This document shows positions 57,166 through 59,919 of a DNA stretch of 59,919 nucleotides, piece by piece. The position numbers were made by a program, and so were the translations under genes. Source of the DNA: an uncultured Methanospirillum sp. (GTDB taxonomy: Archaea > Halobacteriota > Methanomicrobia > Methanomicrobiales > Methanospirillaceae). The stretch lies in assembly GCA_964637135.1 (NCBI GenBank), contig CAZWTX010000013.1, positions 1 through 59,919 of the forward strand. Reading direction: 5' to 3'. Position 1 is the stretch's first letter. Every line of letters starts with the position of its first letter. The notes beneath the pieces were generated by a model that made no database searches, was not told where the DNA came from, and worked only from the letters and a program-made list of their open reading frames with translations.

Positions 57166-57873
57166 CTACTTCCGCCTCTTCTTCTTTGAACCCTGTTCTT
57201 TCTGTTCCCGGGAGCGGAGGTAGAGTTCGTGCAGGATCATGATCACGATGACGATGACGATCACCGGTCCGATATTGAGCGGGAGGTACCCGACGAGCGG
57301 TACGCTGTACAGCGCCTTGCCAATCACCCATTCGCGTTTAATCGGTTCGATGGGACCTCCGAGACCGCGGTAATTTGTCCAGCCGATCTGATCGATAACC
57401 GGGTTGTTGTCACCTTTCGTGATGTATCCCTCGTGGGGGGCAGTGTACTGGATCTGCCTGGTCCCCTGCATCATCGGGACTTCATCCCCTTCTTCCACCC
57501 AGTACAGCGCACGGTGGATGATCGGGTGGAGGGAATTATCGCCGTTTGGCTTGTAGATGATCACGTCGCCGGCCATCCCGAACATCGTGCGATTACTCCC
57601 CTCACCCTCACGGTACGTCTGGAGACCCCCGAACCGGTCGGGAGCCACCACAAGGACAAGATCGCCGACGTTCATGTGCGGAACCATGCTTTCTGACTCG
57701 ATGGTGACGATCGCCGGCCAGGTACCACAGACCAGAAGAAGGATCGCGACGATGACCCCGACCGTGACCAGGACCGAGACAATCTCCCGCACTACCGAGG
57801 GTATCTGTTCCTCGCTCCGCCAGAAAGCCAGTATCCTGTCTTTCATCCCGGATGGACCGGACTCTGCTGCCAT
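57166..57873 (-). CDS. Archaeal signal peptidase I (S26)
   Basis: TM helix plus SESM.P, GDVI, IIHR, TKGDNN. Confidence 0.92.
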   Translation of the reverse strand: MAAESGPSGMKDRILAFWRSEEQIPSVVREIVSVLVTVGVIVAILLLVCGTWPAIVTIESESMVPHMNVGDLVLVVAPDRFGGLQTYREGEGSNRTMFGMAGDVIIYKPNGDNSLHPIIHRALYWVEEGDEVPMMQGTRQIQYTAPHEGYITKGDNNPVIDQIGWTNYRGLGGPIEPIKREWVIGKALYSVPLVGYLPLNIGPVIVIVIVIMILHELYLRSREQKEQGSKKKRRK

Positions 57874-57988
57874 GCTGTCTCTATAGGTATCCAAAGAAGG
57901 GTCATAAGTGTTCAGGTACGGTGATCAGTTCCCCGGACAACCGGATACAAGATCCAATAACTCATCGATCCCAATACTTCTCAGCAAC

Positions 57989-59413
57989 ATGCTCGATACC
58001 CCCGGAATCGTTGAGCGGTTTCTTGAGACAAAACTCCAGGTCCATCCTGACGTGGTCAGTTACATCAGGGAACAGAACGACGATACCCTCATCGATCGGA
58101 TCATCTCGGCTGTTCCGGGTGACTGTCTCGTTGTCTCACTTCACCATGTTCCCGGGGTTACCGCGAGAAAGGACGGAATCCGGTTCCTCGGGGATCCTTC
58201 CGTCGAAGTCGTTGCCGGCAGGCCGGGCACGGCAAAGCCCATCGGCAGGGTCGAGGATTATGTCTCCTACTTCCATGACCGATACAGCCGGCTCTCCTCA
58301 ATGATACGGGGCCGGTGCAGCCCGGTTCCCATCGAAGCACTCAGGCGCAACAGCCGGTACCGATCAGAAGAATTTGCCATTACCGGCATGGTCATGGAGG
58401 TCAGGAGCACGACCAAGGGTCACCGGATGGCCGAGATAGAAGATACCACGGGAAGTGTGAACATCCTCTTCAACAAGGACCGGGATGACTTCGGGGAAGC
58501 AGAGCGTCTCGTCCCTGATGAGGTAATCGGTGTCAGGGGTACCCTCTCCTCTGAAGGAACCCTTGTCTTTGCCGAACAGATCTTCCGGCCTGACATCCCC
58601 TTTACCTATGCCCCGTACACGAGCGACCGGAAAGGAGCAGCTGCCCTGATCTCTGACATTCATGTCGGAAGCGACACGTTCCTCAAAGATGCATGGAACC
58701 GGTTCGCCGAATGGCTTGGAGAGAGCGAGATCTCATACCTTCTCGTCGCCGGCGATCTCGTGGACGGTATCGGTATCTACCCCGGACAGGAGAAAGAACT
58801 GACAATCCCGAACATCTACGAACAGTACGCGGTTCTCGGCGAGATGCTGTCAGAACTCCCCTCCGGAATGGAGATCATCCTTGCACCCGGTAACCATGAT
58901 GTCGTCAGGGGAGCTGAGCCGCAGCCGGTGATTCCTGAAAAGTTCACCGCTTCCTATCCAAAAAACTGTACCTTTGTTGAGAACCCGGCGCTCGTCAACC
59001 TCCAGGGAGTCAGGGTGCTGATGTACCATGGGCGATCCTTCGATGACCTCATCGGGATGATGCCGGGTGCAAGTTACGAACAGGCACACGAGGTGATCCC
59101 CGAGATGCTCAAACGCCGCCACCTTGCTCCCTGTTACGGGAAGAGAACTCCTATCGCTGCAGATACCCTCGACCGGCTGATCATCGATCCGATCCCCGAG
59201 GTTGTCCATACCGGGCATGTCCATATCATGGGAATCACCCGGTACCGAGGCGTGCTCGGCGTCAATGCAGGCACCTGGCAGAGCCAGACCGCGTTTCAGA
59301 AGCAGATGAATATCCAGCCGACACCGGCCCGGGTAATTGTCCTCGATCTCATGACCCTCCAGCCGGAGGTCTACACATTCCTTGATACCAGTCCCGAGCC
59401 CCGGGCCCTCTGA
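57989..59413 (+). CDS. polB: DNA polymerase D small subunit DP1 (3'-5' exonuclease)
   Basis: OB fold; SDIHVGS, AGDLVDG.G.YPGQ, PGNHD, YHG, GHVH. Confidence 0.95.
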   Translation: MLDTPGIVERFLETKLQVHPDVVSYIREQNDDTLIDRIISAVPGDCLVVSLHHVPGVTARKDGIRFLGDPSVEVVAGRPGTAKPIGRVEDYVSYFHDRYSRLSSMIRGRCSPVPIEALRRNSRYRSEEFAITGMVMEVRSTTKGHRMAEIEDTTGSVNILFNKDRDDFGEAERLVPDEVIGVRGTLSSEGTLVFAEQIFRPDIPFTYAPYTSDRKGAAALISDIHVGSDTFLKDAWNRFAEWLGESEISYLLVAGDLVDGIGIYPGQEKELTIPNIYEQYAVLGEMLSELPSGMEIILAPGNHDVVRGAEPQPVIPEKFTASYPKNCTFVENPALVNLQGVRVLMYHGRSFDDLIGMMPGASYEQAHEVIPEMLKRRHLAPCYGKRTPIAADTLDRLIIDPIPEVVHTGHVHIMGITRYRGVLGVNAGTWQSQTAFQKQMNIQPTPARVIVLDLMTLQPEVYTFLDTSPEPRAL

Positions 59414-59414
59414 T

Positions 59415-59919
59415 TCAGTACGGTTTCACTGCGTGTTCTTTCCGGATATACCGTTCAAGCAGGACTGCATGCACGTTCTTCTCGGCAGCGATGAGATCAG
59501 GTTCGCCCGGCGTCAGGGCAAGGGCCTGCCTGAGGGCAGCGGCAGCTTCCGGGTAGCGTTTGAGGGAAGTGAGGACTTTTGCATACCCGCATATCCCGGG
59601 AATATAGGAGGGATCCTGCAGGACCGCTCGCTGGTACCAGTCCTGGGCCAGTTCAAGCTCTCCAAGACCGAAATAGGCATCACCGAGATGACCGGCCACC
59701 TCCTCGTCAGCAGGAACCCCCCGGAGTGCCCGCTTCAGGTAGTCAAGGGCTGCGGCATACTCGCCCCGTCCGATGAGGATTGCCCCCATGGTGTCAAGGG
59801 ACGCGGCATGGTCGGGATTGGCAGCAAGAACCTCCCTGACCTCCTTCTCCGCGGTATCGAGATCTCCCTGCAGGTACAGCGTGTATGCATGGGCATTGAT
59901 GAGGTCAGGGTTCCCGGGA
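59415..59919 (-). CDS. Tetratricopeptide repeat protein, 5'-partial
   Basis: Frame open to the window end; TPR motifs. Confidence 0.8.
   Translation of the reverse strand, partial: PGNPDLINAHAYTLYLQGDLDTAEKEVREVLAANPDHAASLDTMGAILIGRGEYAAALDYLKRALRGVPADEEVAGHLGDAYFGLGELELAQDWYQRAVLQDPSYIPGICGYAKVLTSLKRYPEAAAALRQALALTPGEPDLIAAEKNVHAVLLERYIRKEHAVKPY

Overview
Archaeal chromosomal segment from a methanogen, most likely Methanomicrobiales (Methanospirillum/Methanoregula-like). This is inferred from cofH, DNA polymerase D small subunit, tsr3, ribL, the DHPS-like/JAMM/RibL cluster and REC-PAS architecture. It has about 50 CDS and one 100-N scaffold gap (2096-2195); I found no rRNA, tRNA, CRISPR array or transposase. 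The right half (37-60 kb) is mostly housekeeping. The left half is accessory. Its main feature is a 15-kb tandem array of four large secreted subtilases (5231-19996). One is an S53-like Glu-type enzyme, one has an intact Asp-His-Ser triad, and two are intact-ORF pseudoproteases (one lacks the Ser and oxyanion Asn, the other lacks all catalytic residues). Genes 2-4 carry a beta-rich insert inside the protease domain plus Nbr1-Ig, Kelch and FN3 domains, and all four end in the same 486-nt module, which shows a mosaic pattern of identity. This active-plus-dead layout resembles clostridial CspB/CspA/CspC and is my best candidate for an undescribed system. The second candidate is a metal-chelate ABC importer operon with an embedded SAM methyltransferase, a Cys-rich binding protein and a NikR-like operator, flanked by two ABC exporters. 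Other points of interest are an RHH-fused acyl-CoA synthetase behind a 2-oxoacid:ferredoxin oxidoreductase operon, a TudS-like/nucleoside deoxyribosyltransferase fusion, and a HEPN-MNT toxin-antitoxin pair. All family calls come from motif recognition by eye, not database searches.
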